This document shows positions 35,165 to 44,517 of a stretch of DNA of 53,112 nt, in pieces. This stretch comes from a virus (lineage: Duplodnaviria; Caudoviricetes): the IMG/VR virus record IMGVR_UViG_3300031454_000236, positions 1 through 53,112 of that record. One strand, written 5' to 3'. The position numbers and the translations under genes are program-made. How positions within the stretch are numbered: position 1 is the stretch's first letter; the number at the start of each line of letters is the position of its first letter. The notes below the pieces were generated by a model that saw only the letters and a list, made by a program, of their open reading frames with translations, did no database searches and was not told the origin of the DNA.

Positions 35165-35332
35165 CTACTCCTTGTCCGACTCGGCGGGCTTTGCGGCGGG
35201 CTTCTTCGCCTCGCCCGCGATCGCCCCCTTCTCGGACAATGCCTTGGCGACATCGTTCGGCATCTCCACCTCGCCGGGGCCGTAGCGCACGCCCGAGTAA
35301 ATCCACGATTCCGCCAACTGCACCTTGACCAT
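35165..35332 (-). CDS. 55-aa hypothetical protein (not in the ORF track)
   Basis: MVKVQLAESWIYSGVRYGPGEVEMP...KPAESDKE; SD GAGGAG. Confidence 0.55.
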   Translation of the reverse strand: MVKVQLAESWIYSGVRYGPGEVEMPNDVAKALSEKGAIAGEAKKPAAKPAESDKE

Positions 35333-35391
35333 GTCCGCTCCTCACGCACTAGCCGCCACCGTCGTGATCGATCGCTTACGGTACCGTCAGA

Positions 35392-36501
35392 TCACCCGAT
35401 CAGCCGGATACACGCGACGGCCTCAGGCTCAAGTAATACCGGGAGGGTCGTGCTGTAGCCCTCGGCCTCGATCCCGACCGGCTTCTTGTCCTTAACCCAC
35501 ATGTTGATCACGCGACCCGGCGTGGCCTGCCCCGCCGCGCGCCCGATGGCCTGGTAGCCGAGGGTGTTGTCGAGCGTGACGGTCTCCCCGTTCTCGTAGA
35601 AACGGGTCTCGGTGATGGTAGCGTCGCGCCCGGTAGTGGCGACGAACACCATCACGTCGTTGCGGAGGAAACGGTGCGCTCCGGCATAATCGAAGTACTG
35701 CGCCTCGTAGAGTTCCATCTGCGGCAGTCCATCCGCGAGGAAGATCGCATTGAGTTGGTCGAGCGAGATCAGCGGGGCGGGGGTCGCCTGGATCGCCCCG
35801 CCGGTGGTCACGGTGACGCGCGCCCCGGCTCGGGCCTGCATGTTGCCGTTACGCGCCAGGATGGTCGCGACGCGACGCGAGGTGAAGATACGATTGACGG
35901 TGTAGCCCTTGTCGGTCAGCACCTGCACCTGGGCCACGATGTCCGGATAGGGGTCGTAGGCGTCGTTGCTCCACGTCCCGCCCGCATTGACGCGATGTCC
36001 CGCCGGGTCGGAGTAGGCGAGCGTCTCGGTGTAGCCGTTGTCGCCGGTCATGACGATCGCGGCATCGCCGAGCGCCTGCCAGCGCTGCTTCTCGTTGAGG
36101 TCGAGCAGTGCGCGATTGACGGTCACATCGAGCCAGTTGGTCAGGGACGCGACCGCCTCGATCGAGGGGCGGGCCTGCAAGAGGTCCAGGAAGGCGTCGT
36201 AATCCTCGGCGGTGAACTGGCGCGCGATGTCGGTCTCCGCGAGTTCCACCAGCATCGAGCCGACGATGCTCGAATCGTCCTTGATCTGGGTCGGCGAGTA
36301 GCGCGTGCCGTTGTTGGCGATCACGGTGCGGTAGCGGATGTTGCGCTCCCGGTAGGCGTTCAGCGGCACCAGCCGCTCCGGGAGCAGCGTCGCGCCGAGA
36401 TACTGCCGCGCGGGCGGGCCGAACTGCGCGAGGGGATTGCGGGCGATCGTGGCGACCGTCCCATCCGTCATCATCTGACGAATCAAGGTCAACAAGTCCA
36501 T
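35392..36501 (-). CDS. Major capsid protein (gpE-like)
   Basis: 369 aa after the decoration and scaffold genes; YLGATLLPER, DPYPDI and TTLPVL motifs. Confidence 0.85.
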   Translation of the reverse strand: MDLLTLIRQMMTDGTVATIARNPLAQFGPPARQYLGATLLPERLVPLNAYRERNIRYRTVIANNGTRYSPTQIKDDSSIVGSMLVELAETDIARQFTAEDYDAFLDLLQARPSIEAVASLTNWLDVTVNRALLDLNEKQRWQALGDAAIVMTGDNGYTETLAYSDPAGHRVNAGGTWSNDAYDPYPDIVAQVQVLTDKGYTVNRIFTSRRVATILARNGNMQARAGARVTVTTGGAIQATPAPLISLDQLNAIFLADGLPQMELYEAQYFDYAGAHRFLRNDVMVFVATTGRDATITETRFYENGETVTLDNTLGYQAIGRAAGQATPGRVINMWVKDKKPVGIEAEGYSTTLPVLLEPEAVACIRLIG

Positions 36502-37127
36502 TAAAATGCCCCCTTCGTGCAGACGTAGGTGCTCCGCAGCTTGGCCTGTACCGCCGCCGAGAGCGCGGCGAAGCCGGGGAGGAAATTGTCCTTGACGAGC
36601 GCACCGGGCCGGTAAATCGTGACATCGTTGTTGACGTTCGCGTCGGTCACGTCAAACACGAGGATACGCACTTCGTCATCGGCATCGGCGGCGGGTCCGT
36701 ATGGGGTGTTGGCATCCCGCTCGGCGATCGTCCGTCCCAGGACGGTGCCGCTCTGCACGGTCTTGAAGGCTCCGACAGGGAGGTAGGTCGCGCTGTCGCC
36801 CGCGACGAGCGCGGTCGGCAAGGCGGCGACGACTACGCTGGTCGCGCCCGCCACAGCAGGGGCGGTCGTGCGGGCGAACTTCGCGCCGCCGAAGTCGAGG
36901 ACGGTGCCGCTCGGGATCGGGCCGGTCAGCGCCGCGACGGCGACGGTGGTCGCGCCCGCAACGGCGGGGGCGGTGGTCGTCGCGCGCACGGCGCGGGCAC
37001 CGGCGAATTGCGCGGCGTCGAGCTTCGCCCCGCCGGGGATCAGGTGCTCCCGATCGCCGTTGACGAAATCCCCGATCCACGCGCGCGCCGACGACTGGCC
37101 CGTCGGTTCGGTGACAATGCGTGCCAT
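36501..37127 (-). CDS. Head decoration protein with an inserted beta module
   Basis: LIPGGAKLD...VQSGTVLGR...LVKDNFLP; TAATG coupling to the capsid gene. Confidence 0.72.
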   Translation of the reverse strand: MARIVTEPTGQSSARAWIGDFVNGDREHLIPGGAKLDAAQFAGARAVRATTTAPAVAGATTVAVAALTGPIPSGTVLDFGGAKFARTTAPAVAGATSVVVAALPTALVAGDSATYLPVGAFKTVQSGTVLGRTIAERDANTPYGPAADADDEVRILVFDVTDANVNNDVTIYRPGALVKDNFLPGFAALSAAVQAKLRSTYVCTKGAF

Positions 37128-37139
37128 AGGTTCCGCTCC

Positions 37140-37883
37140 TTACCCGCGCTTGGGCGGGCCTTTGTAGGTACTCGTCACGTAGGACTCAGCGACGTTGACA
37201 GGGCGATGCTCGCCGCTCCCCTGCGCCGGGTAGCGCACGCCGCTCGACTGCTGGCCCTGCTCGCCCGTCGTCACCGCCAGCGCCCGCCCGACGTAGGCGG
37301 GCTGCGTGCCGACCCATGCAGCGATGTCCGCTTGCGCGTCGCCCGCGCCGATCCGATACTTCGTGACGGCCTTGCCGTCCTCCTGCACCTCGTAGGGCGT
37401 GAGTGGCAGGTCGGCGCTGTGGGCGCGCAACGCCTCGTAGTCGTAGCCGTAGCGCTGGGCCGCGTCCCTGAGGGTGCCATCGCGTTCGAGGCTCTTGGCC
37501 TTGCCGCTTGCCTCATCCCCTGCCGCGAGACGAGCCTTGATCTCGTCTGGCGTGCCGAGTGGTTTATAGCCCTCGTAAATTTTGGCGTCGTCGCCAGTCA
37601 GGATCGTCGCGCCCTCCGGCTTCTGGTTCGCGGCGAGCGTGGTGACCTCACCCTGGAGTTCGTCGCGCTTGCGGCGCAGGGCGAAGTTGTCGTTGAGGGC
37701 ATCGGCGAGCTTCTCGGCCATCTTGACGGCGTCGCCGTTGAAGCGATCGACGAGGTCGCTCGCGCGCTCCTTCGTCCGACCATCGTTGCCCCCACCGCCG
37801 CCACCGCCCTCGCCACCGGCACCACCGGCGCTGAGGAAGGTGCGTGCTTCGGCCCAATTGCGCGGCTGCCAGTGGACGAACAT
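37140..37883 (-). CDS. Capsid scaffolding protein
   Basis: Gly-rich N-terminus and coiled-coil; upstream of the decoration and capsid genes. Confidence 0.7.
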   Translation of the reverse strand: MFVHWQPRNWAEARTFLSAGGAGGEGGGGGGGNDGRTKERASDLVDRFNGDAVKMAEKLADALNDNFALRRKRDELQGEVTTLAANQKPEGATILTGDDAKIYEGYKPLGTPDEIKARLAAGDEASGKAKSLERDGTLRDAAQRYGYDYEALRAHSADLPLTPYEVQEDGKAVTKYRIGAGDAQADIAAWVGTQPAYVGRALAVTTGEQGQQSSGVRYPAQGSGEHRPVNVAESYVTSTYKGPPKRG

Positions 37884-37922
37884 CGCTCCCCCTGGGAGGT
37901 AGGCCCGGCCATGCCGGACACG

Positions 37923-38028
37923 AAAAAAGGCCCACATCCGGCGACCGTTACGGTCGCGCGAATGTGGGCCGACAAGACCCGAATATGCAGTTGGTACTAC
38001 TCTAGCGCAGCGGTGGATATATTGTCAA
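37923..38028 (-). promoter_or_regulatory. Promoter and terminator leader of the capsid/tail operon
   Basis: TTGACA (38028-38023)-N18-TAGAGT (38004-37999), inside the 3' end of a Com-like gene. Stem GGCCCACAT...ATGTGGGCC (37970-37929) followed by TTTTTT. Confidence 0.75.
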
Positions 38029-38224
38029 GCAGAGTCGTGCGTCGCCCGCACTTGTCGCAGACGACGCGCGCCGGGAGGGACGCGGCAAGGCTGCGCCCCC
38101 GGTGCGCCATGTGAAGCCATCGCGCGCTACGATAACCGAGCATCGCCCCGCACCGGCAGCGCACGGGGGTCGCGCCGGGTTCGGGCGTGGCGGGTGGCAG
38201 CGGGCGCGCGGGCATGGCGCTCAC
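37997..38224 (-). CDS. Com-like zinc-ribbon protein 2
   Basis: VRCRCGAMLG...VVCDKCGRRT. Confidence 0.62.
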   Translation of the reverse strand: MSAMPARPLPPATPEPGATPVRCRCGAMLGYRSARWLHMAHRGRSLAASLPARVVCDKCGRRTTLLDNISTAALE

Positions 38225-38841
38225 GACTCGCCCGGGGCAGGCGGCAGGGGCAGCGAGAGCAGGGGGGTGAGCGCCGCCGCCAATTGCCCGAGGGCGATGT
38301 CATCCAGGCTCATCATGCGCTCGCTCGTCTCGCCGTCCGTGAAAATCGTCGTGGTCGAGATGCGCAATGCCTCGCCCGCCCCTTCCTCTGGCTCTCTGCC
38401 CCATACCTGTGGCAGGGGGAATATCGGGGCGATGGCGCGGGCCAGCCCGTCCACCGTCGTCTCCTCCGCGATCTCACTCATCCGCGAGAACATGCCCCAC
38501 GCGGTCGTACCGAGCGGTGCCTCCACCATCTCCCACACCTCCCAGACCGGGCGCATATGGCAATGCAGCAGCTCATGAATCAGCGTCTGACGCTGCTCTT
38601 CCGGCTCGGCATCGAACCATTCATCCGAGAAGCGAAGCTTGGCCTGATACTGATGGGTCGCGCGCCAGCATTCCGCTTTGGCGTCGGGGGAGCAAGGGGC
38701 GAATTGGATCGCGATGTTCCAGTGGTCCAGTCCGAGCATCTGGTAGCAACGGATGGTCCAATCGCGGTAAAACTCGATGCGCTCCTGCCGTTGCTCACTG
38801 GTGAAACGGGTATTGCCCATCGGATGCACATCACGGCTCAC
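38221..38841 (-). CDS. HEXXH zinc metallopeptidase-like protein
   Basis: QTLIHELLHCH...EE. Confidence 0.6.
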   Translation of the reverse strand: MSRDVHPMGNTRFTSEQRQERIEFYRDWTIRCYQMLGLDHWNIAIQFAPCSPDAKAECWRATHQYQAKLRFSDEWFDAEPEEQRQTLIHELLHCHMRPVWEVWEMVEAPLGTTAWGMFSRMSEIAEETTVDGLARAIAPIFPLPQVWGREPEEGAGEALRISTTTIFTDGETSERMMSLDDIALGQLAAALTPLLSLPLPPAPGES

Positions 38842-39071
38842 CCCGGCCTCCTCTCCGACGTATCCGCCGCCGCGATCAGCGCCGCCGCGAGTTCGCGCGC
38901 CTCAGCATCATCAGGGCTTGCCAGTCTAATCAATTCCGCCGACACTTCTTTCGATTGAGCAGGCGATAGGGACAACGACATCGCATCATGATCCGAACCT
39001 CGGTTGATCATGATGCTTATAGGGTGTGTCCTCATACACACTTGGCCGTTATTGCTGATCCAATGGTTCAT
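38838..39071 (-). CDS. Small hypothetical protein
   Basis: Lower-GC ORF with a GTGA overlap to the next gene. Confidence 0.4.
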   Translation of the reverse strand: MNHWISNNGQVCMRTHPISIMINRGSDHDAMSLSLSPAQSKEVSAELIRLASPDDAEARELAAALIAAADTSERRPG

Positions 39072-39096
39072 CTTTGCCCCCTAATCCGCCGCCTCC

Positions 39097-39915
39097 CTAC
39101 TCAAAACCCGTCAGCGCCGCGATCAGCGCCGCCCCGTCCACGCCGCCCGCTTCGGCGGTGCCGCCGCCCGGTACGCGCGAAAGCAGGCAACGACAGCCCA
39201 CATGCTGCGGGTGGGGCGGCACGGCACCCGGCGCATACGGCCCGCCCCTGGCCCGCAAATCGCATTCGTCGGCGATGGCGTGCCGCCCCGCAACGGTCCA
39301 GGCGATCAGATCGCCCGACCCGCGCGCCGCCGCGATCTGCGCCATGCCACCCGCGCGGTTGACCTCGTGCGTGACCAGTCTGCGCGCCGACGAGAACGCC
39401 TCATCCCCGCGCACCGTCCGACCGGCCACGTCGGGGCGCACGAAGCGCCGCAGCTCGCCCGCCAGTTCGTCCGGGGTGGCACCGCGCGCCAGGCCCGCGT
39501 CGAGCACGGCGGTCAGCCGCGAGCGCGCGTCCTCGCCCGCCAACCAGACACGATCGGAGAGGACCAGCCCGTTCGGATCACGCCATGCCCGCACCGGTTC
39601 CGCCGCGCCTGGCACCCCGCCGCCGGGTGCCGCGACCTGGACCGCCGCGCGCGTCGAGGCCGCGATGAGGTGCGGTACGGTGCGGGGCAGGGCGTAGGCG
39701 GCGGCGGCGGCGGCGGGACTCGCGCCGAACAAGCGGGCGATCGTGTCGCCGAGCCAGGTGAGGATCGCCGCGCGCCCGGTCGGCGTCACGGTGCCGCGCC
39801 TGCCCGCACGGTTGACGAGCGCCGCGAGGCCGGTCGCCACGTCGCCGAGCAGGGCGCTCAGGGCGGCGGCGATCGCGGCGTGTAGCGCGTCCCGACGCTC
39901 GCGCTCGGCGGCCAC
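39097..39915 (-). CDS. Minor head protein (Mu gpF / SPP1 gp7-like)
   Basis: LSDRVW, ARRLVTHEVNRA, C and PHPQHVGCRC motifs; follows the portal gene. Confidence 0.8.
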   Translation of the reverse strand: MAAERERRDALHAAIAAALSALLGDVATGLAALVNRAGRRGTVTPTGRAAILTWLGDTIARLFGASPAAAAAAYALPRTVPHLIAASTRAAVQVAAPGGGVPGAAEPVRAWRDPNGLVLSDRVWLAGEDARSRLTAVLDAGLARGATPDELAGELRRFVRPDVAGRTVRGDEAFSSARRLVTHEVNRAGGMAQIAAARGSGDLIAWTVAGRHAIADECDLRARGGPYAPGAVPPHPQHVGCRCLLSRVPGGGTAEAGGVDGAALIAALTGFE

Positions 39916-39916
39916 G

Positions 39917-41551
39917 CTACGCCCCCTGTCCGGTGAGTTGCGCCGCCAAGATCGCCGCCGGGTCGCCCGGTGCCTGCTGCCCCGCTTGCATCGGCGGTGC
40001 CGTGCGCGCGACCCCCACGAGCGCGACATCCCCGGCCTGCCGCTCGGCCTCGATGCGCCCGATCTCGGCGTCCACGTCATCTTCCCCGAGCCTGGTCAGC
40101 AGCGTTTCCAGCGACAGCCCGCCCGCCTGCCACTGCGTCACGTACTCCGCGCGCTCGTCCGAGGTGAGCGGCCCCGGATCGACCGTGACCGCGAACTGGG
40201 CGCGCAGGTCGGCGTAGCGACCGGGCACGCCGGCCAGCGCCGCCGCGAGCGCGAGCGGCGTCTCGATCAGCCAGCGCCCCAGCCCGTCCAGCGCCACGCG
40301 CGTCAGCCCGAGCGAGGCCGCGAATTCGGCGCGCGCCTGCTTGCGGCTCTCGCCCGACGCCGCCGCATCCCCCGCGATCAGCGCGTGCAACTGGTAGGTC
40401 GCGCCGAGGATCGCCGCGCGGAAGAGCCGATCGGCGACATTGAACGTCTCCACGCTGACCGGTTGCTCGTAATGCAGGCTCGGCGTGGTCATGCCGACCT
40501 GTTCGCCCTTATCGTTGTAAACCGGCACGCCCTGGAGGAAGCGGTCCATCCCCGCGCCGCTCGGCAGCCCCTCGGCGACGAACGCGCGGTCGTTGGGATC
40601 GTCCGTGGGTCGCCAGGGCTGTCCGTCGCTGATCTTGCGGTACGAACCGGGCGGCTGCGCGCCGAGGAAGGTCCGCTCGCGCGATCCCGCGAGGTTGAGG
40701 TTGCGCCCCAGGTTGGTCAGGTTGAGGTTCGCGGCCTGCTGCAACCTGCGGACCTGCGCGTCGATCAGCGGCTGGCGGCGGGCCTCGTACAGCAGCAACC
40801 GCCCGCCGAGATCGAACGCCGCCGCCGCGTCCACGCCGCCCCCCATGACGCGCAGCACGGTCGCGCCGGATTCGTCTAGGTAGGTCGCCTCGACCCACTC
40901 CTCCTGCTGGCGGCGGTAGGCGTAGACGCCGAGTCGCGCCTTGGTATCGTCGTCGGTGACGACCGCGCACGCCTCGCGCGCCGGACTATCCACGTAGAGC
41001 AGGTCGAGCGCGGCGGCGAGGCGGACGACCGGATCGCCGCCCTGCGGGAGCGGCACCAACCCGGACGCCGCGCTGTCGAGCATGAGCAGTCCGCGCGGGA
41101 TGTAGAGCCGGGCGACGGCGCGCTCGGCCAGGAGGAGCGCGGTCGCGGGCTGTTGCAGCCATGGGAGGATGTCGCGCTTGTCCCACCACCCGGTCAGCAG
41201 CGCCTCGGCCTCGGCGATCAGCGCCGCCTCGTCGGTATTCGGCGTCTCGCCCTCCGCCAGTGCGCGGCGCGGGGTGAGTCGCCAGAGCGGCTCGCGGCCC
41301 AGGACGCCCGCCCGGTGCCGCTCGGCGACCTCGCGGACGTGATTGATCGCGATGAAGCCGCGCTCCACGGCGGCGAGGAAGGCGCCGCGCGTGTCGTCGG
41401 TCGGCACCTCGCCAAGCCAGAAGCGTCCGCCCTCGAACATCGAACCGGCGAAGAGGAGTTCGTTATCGGCGGCGGCGTCATCGGCCTTGGGGAGATAGGC
41501 CCGTGCGGCCTGCGGGTCGAGCGCGGCGAATGCGGCGGGGACGATCGGCAT
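39917..41551 (-). CDS. Portal protein
   Basis: 544 aa after the terminase; ASGESR and LSLETLL..LG...VDAEIGRI (SPP1-like portal C-terminus). Confidence 0.85.
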   Translation of the reverse strand: MPIVPAAFAALDPQAARAYLPKADDAAADNELLFAGSMFEGGRFWLGEVPTDDTRGAFLAAVERGFIAINHVREVAERHRAGVLGREPLWRLTPRRALAEGETPNTDEAALIAEAEALLTGWWDKRDILPWLQQPATALLLAERAVARLYIPRGLLMLDSAASGLVPLPQGGDPVVRLAAALDLLYVDSPAREACAVVTDDDTKARLGVYAYRRQQEEWVEATYLDESGATVLRVMGGGVDAAAAFDLGGRLLLYEARRQPLIDAQVRRLQQAANLNLTNLGRNLNLAGSRERTFLGAQPPGSYRKISDGQPWRPTDDPNDRAFVAEGLPSGAGMDRFLQGVPVYNDKGEQVGMTTPSLHYEQPVSVETFNVADRLFRAAILGATYQLHALIAGDAAASGESRKQARAEFAASLGLTRVALDGLGRWLIETPLALAAALAGVPGRYADLRAQFAVTVDPGPLTSDERAEYVTQWQAGGLSLETLLTRLGEDDVDAEIGRIEAERQAGDVALVGVARTAPPMQAGQQAPGDPAAILAAQLTGQGA

Positions 41552-41677
41552 CTAGTACCTCCTCAATGTAAGCAAAGAAGCCGTTTCCCATGCTATACTT
41601 GACAAATCGAAGCCGGGGCGTCGCGGTAACGACCCCCGGCATGACACCCTCGAACCTCGGTAGAGGAGGATCAAGCA

Positions 41678-42352
41678 ATGCCTACTAAGACTACCACCCC
41701 ACGTATCTGCGAACAATGCGGACGTACATTTCAGGCACTGGTGAGCAGGCGTACACGGTTCTGCAGTCGTATCTGTGCGAATACATCCCGCGCGGGGATT
41801 GCGAATACATCCCGCGCGATCATACGAGAAACCTGCACCTGCCACAGTTGCGACAAACTCTTCCAGGTACACCCAAACGTGATCAAAAGGGGCGGAGGAC
41901 GCTACTGTAGCCATCGTTGCCGCGACCGTGGGAAATGCAAGCCGGCTGCCGAGCGGTTCTGGTCGAAAGTCCGCCGTGGGGACGGATGCTGGGAATGGAT
42001 TGGCGGCTACAATCCCACCGGCTACGGAAGCTTCTGGTACAACGGCCGATCGATCCAGGCGAGTCGCATGGCCTACTTGCTGACGCACGGGACGATCCCC
42101 GACGGACTGTTGGTCTGCCATCACTGTGATACCCCGTCCTGTGTACGCCCCGATCATCTGTTCCTCGGCACCAACGCCGAGAACCAGCACGACTCTGGCG
42201 GGAAGGGCCGCAGGGTGAAACGGCTGACTTTGGCACAACGCGCCGAGATTCGTGGACGCCACGCGGCGGGAGGCATCTCCCAAACCGCGCTCGCACGAGA
42301 GTACGGGGTGTGCCGCACCAGCATCCACCAAGTGCTGAAAGCCTCCTGGTAA
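41678..42352 (+). CDS. HNH homing endonuclease (antisense insertion between terminase and portal)
   Basis: CxxC zinc repeats, RFWSKV...CWEW...GYG, VCHHCDTPSCVRPDHLFLGTNAEN and a C-terminal HTH. Confidence 0.9.
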   Translation: MPTKTTTPRICEQCGRTFQALVSRRTRFCSRICANTSRAGIANTSRAIIRETCTCHSCDKLFQVHPNVIKRGGGRYCSHRCRDRGKCKPAAERFWSKVRRGDGCWEWIGGYNPTGYGSFWYNGRSIQASRMAYLLTHGTIPDGLLVCHHCDTPSCVRPDHLFLGTNAENQHDSGGKGRRVKRLTLAQRAEIRGRHAAGGISQTALAREYGVCRTSIHQVLKASW

Positions 42353-42375
42353 CAATACGTTCATCACCACCTCAC

Positions 42376-43770
42376 CTAGTACCGCCTGGCGATGGCGATA
42401 GCGGGCGGGGGCGGGGGTGGCAAGGGTGGGGTACGGCGGGCGGTGAAGGCCAGGAGGAGCGCCTCGGCGCGGTCGGGGGATACGATACCGCGCCTTTTGG
42501 CATCCTCCTTCTTCTCGATCACGAGGCGACCGCGCACGTCGTAGTGGAACTTCACGCCGACCAACTGGCCAATCGTCTCCTCATCATCGAGGCCATTCAG
42601 CGCGCCGTCTTTGATGACTGCACGCAACGCCCAATAGAGTTCCGCCTTCAGGTTGCCGAACGATCCGTCGTCCCATGCGGGGACGCCCACGTTCACATCC
42701 ACGGCGGGCAGGCCGAGCACGCGCAACTGATCGGCGACTCCGGCCCCGACGCCGACGCTATCGACGCGGATCGTCTTCACCCGCTCGCCGTACTCGCGCG
42801 CGACGCGCGCCACCTGCCCCGTGGTGAAGGTCGTGTCGTGGCCCTTCCAGAATGCTTGTTGCAGGATGTTCGGGCCGCAACGGAGGTAGTAGCCGCTCTC
42901 GTCATCGCCGAAGCGGGCCACGTCGACCCCGATCTCCACCGCGCCGCCCGTGTCCTCCGCCTCGCGCGCCTTCGCCGCCTCGCACCAGGTGAGCGCGATG
43001 AGCGCGTCGGTGTCCTGTTTCGGGAACTCCGCCTTGACGCGCGAGAGGTAGTAGGCGCTCTCCTCGCCGTGCTCGATCCGCTTCTCCTCGGCCCACTGCG
43101 GGGTGATGAGGTAGGGCCGCACGATCCCCTGCCCCTGGAAGTTCGGCGTGTCCTGGGCGGCGATGGTGATGGTGTGGTAGAGGGCGCGCTTGCGCGTGAA
43201 CGCCTCGTAGAAATCGCCCGACGCGTGGATCGGGTTGCCGATCATCAGCTCGCGCGCGAACCCGCTGGAGAGGGTCGAGTCGAGCGCCTGATGCACATTG
43301 GCGTGGAGTCCGCTCGCCTCATCCTTGATCACCAGGATAGACGGGGCGTGGAACCCGGCGAAGCGGTCGGGGTTGGTGTCCGCCGCCTTGAAGCCGAGCG
43401 CGTACCAGCGGTCGCTGATCTCGATCCCGGTGTCCAGCACGCGACCGAGGAGCGGGCGACGGGCCTTGTTGTAGGCGTCGCGGATCTCGCGCCAGAGGAT
43501 GTTGCGGACCTGATTGAAGGTCGGCGCGGTGGAGAGGACGACCGAACCGGGGAAGGCGTGCAGGAACCAGATCGCGATCCGCGCGCTCGTGAAGCTTTTC
43601 GAGACGGAGTGCGCCGCCTTGCACGCGGTGCGCGGGTGGTCGCGCACGCTCTCGGCCAGCTCGATGGCGCGATCGTAGAGGTCCGCGCCCAGGAACTCGG
43701 CGATCCAGCCGCCGGGGTCGCGCTGGGCGCGGGACATCGCCGCGCCGAACGCCGGGTCAAGCACCGCCAT
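42376..43770 (-). CDS. terL: Terminase large subunit
   Basis: Walker A-like AHSVSKS, STAPTFNQV, Walker B VIKDEASG, MIGNP, and nuclease motifs GVDVARFGDD and SPDRAEAL. Confidence 0.93.
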   Translation of the reverse strand: MAVLDPAFGAAMSRAQRDPGGWIAEFLGADLYDRAIELAESVRDHPRTACKAAHSVSKSFTSARIAIWFLHAFPGSVVLSTAPTFNQVRNILWREIRDAYNKARRPLLGRVLDTGIEISDRWYALGFKAADTNPDRFAGFHAPSILVIKDEASGLHANVHQALDSTLSSGFARELMIGNPIHASGDFYEAFTRKRALYHTITIAAQDTPNFQGQGIVRPYLITPQWAEEKRIEHGEESAYYLSRVKAEFPKQDTDALIALTWCEAAKAREAEDTGGAVEIGVDVARFGDDESGYYLRCGPNILQQAFWKGHDTTFTTGQVARVAREYGERVKTIRVDSVGVGAGVADQLRVLGLPAVDVNVGVPAWDDGSFGNLKAELYWALRAVIKDGALNGLDDEETIGQLVGVKFHYDVRGRLVIEKKEDAKRRGIVSPDRAEALLLAFTARRTPPLPPPPPPAIAIARRY

Positions 43771-44362
43771 CACCGGCACCCCAACGCATCATCGCGGCGA
43801 TAAACTCCTGCGACCCGTTGAGTGTCGTGTCCTGCTTCTCCACAATCAGGCCGAGCACCTTCGCCTGATCCATCACCGCCTGCCGCGCCTGGGCCAGCGC
43901 CGCCGCCTTATTGCCCCGGAACTGCGCCGAACCCTTCTCGTCGCGATGCACGCGGATCGTGCGCTGGCTTGCGGGCAGTTCGTAGTTCGGCACCAACGGA
44001 TCATCGAAGAGGACCGCGCGCTCGCACATCTCGTCGAACTCGGCGGCGTCGATCGCCCGGTGGTAAATATCCTGCAACTCAGCGATCTTCCGCGCCCGCA
44101 AGTCCTCGATCTGTGCGCCGGTACGGTCGAGCCACAACTCGCGTAGTCGCTTGATGTCGTTGCGGATCGTCCCCTCGTCCACGCCGAGCGCGGCGGCGAT
44201 CCCGGTGTTCGGCTCGCCCTTCAGGTGGCGACGCGCGACCAGCGGCAGGCGCGCGAGCACGACCGGATCGTGTCGCCAAGGGAGTTGCTTACGCTGGCCT
44301 TTACGCGAGCCGGTTTTCGGAAGCGCCTGTTCGGAAGCGTCGGTGCTCGCCTCGCCCGTCAT
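43757..44362 (-). CDS. terS: Terminase small subunit (HTH)
   Basis: IAAALGVDEGTIRNDIK HTH and AKVLGL; immediately upstream of terL. Confidence 0.72.
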   Translation of the reverse strand: MTGEASTDASEQALPKTGSRKGQRKQLPWRHDPVVLARLPLVARRHLKGEPNTGIAAALGVDEGTIRNDIKRLRELWLDRTGAQIEDLRARKIAELQDIYHRAIDAAEFDEMCERAVLFDDPLVPNYELPASQRTIRVHRDEKGSAQFRGNKAAALAQARQAVMDQAKVLGLIVEKQDTTLNGSQEFIAAMMRWGAGDGGA

Positions 44363-44517
44363 CCCGTCACCTCAAACCAGGAGCAAACCGCGCGGCGTCC
44401 CAGGAGAGCGGACGGCGCATGGAGCCGAATAATGTCGGGGTAGCGAGGAGGCGCGCTCGCACCAGGCGCAGCAAGACCTCTTCCAGCAGGTGCACATCAC
44501 CGATCATCGTCGCCACC

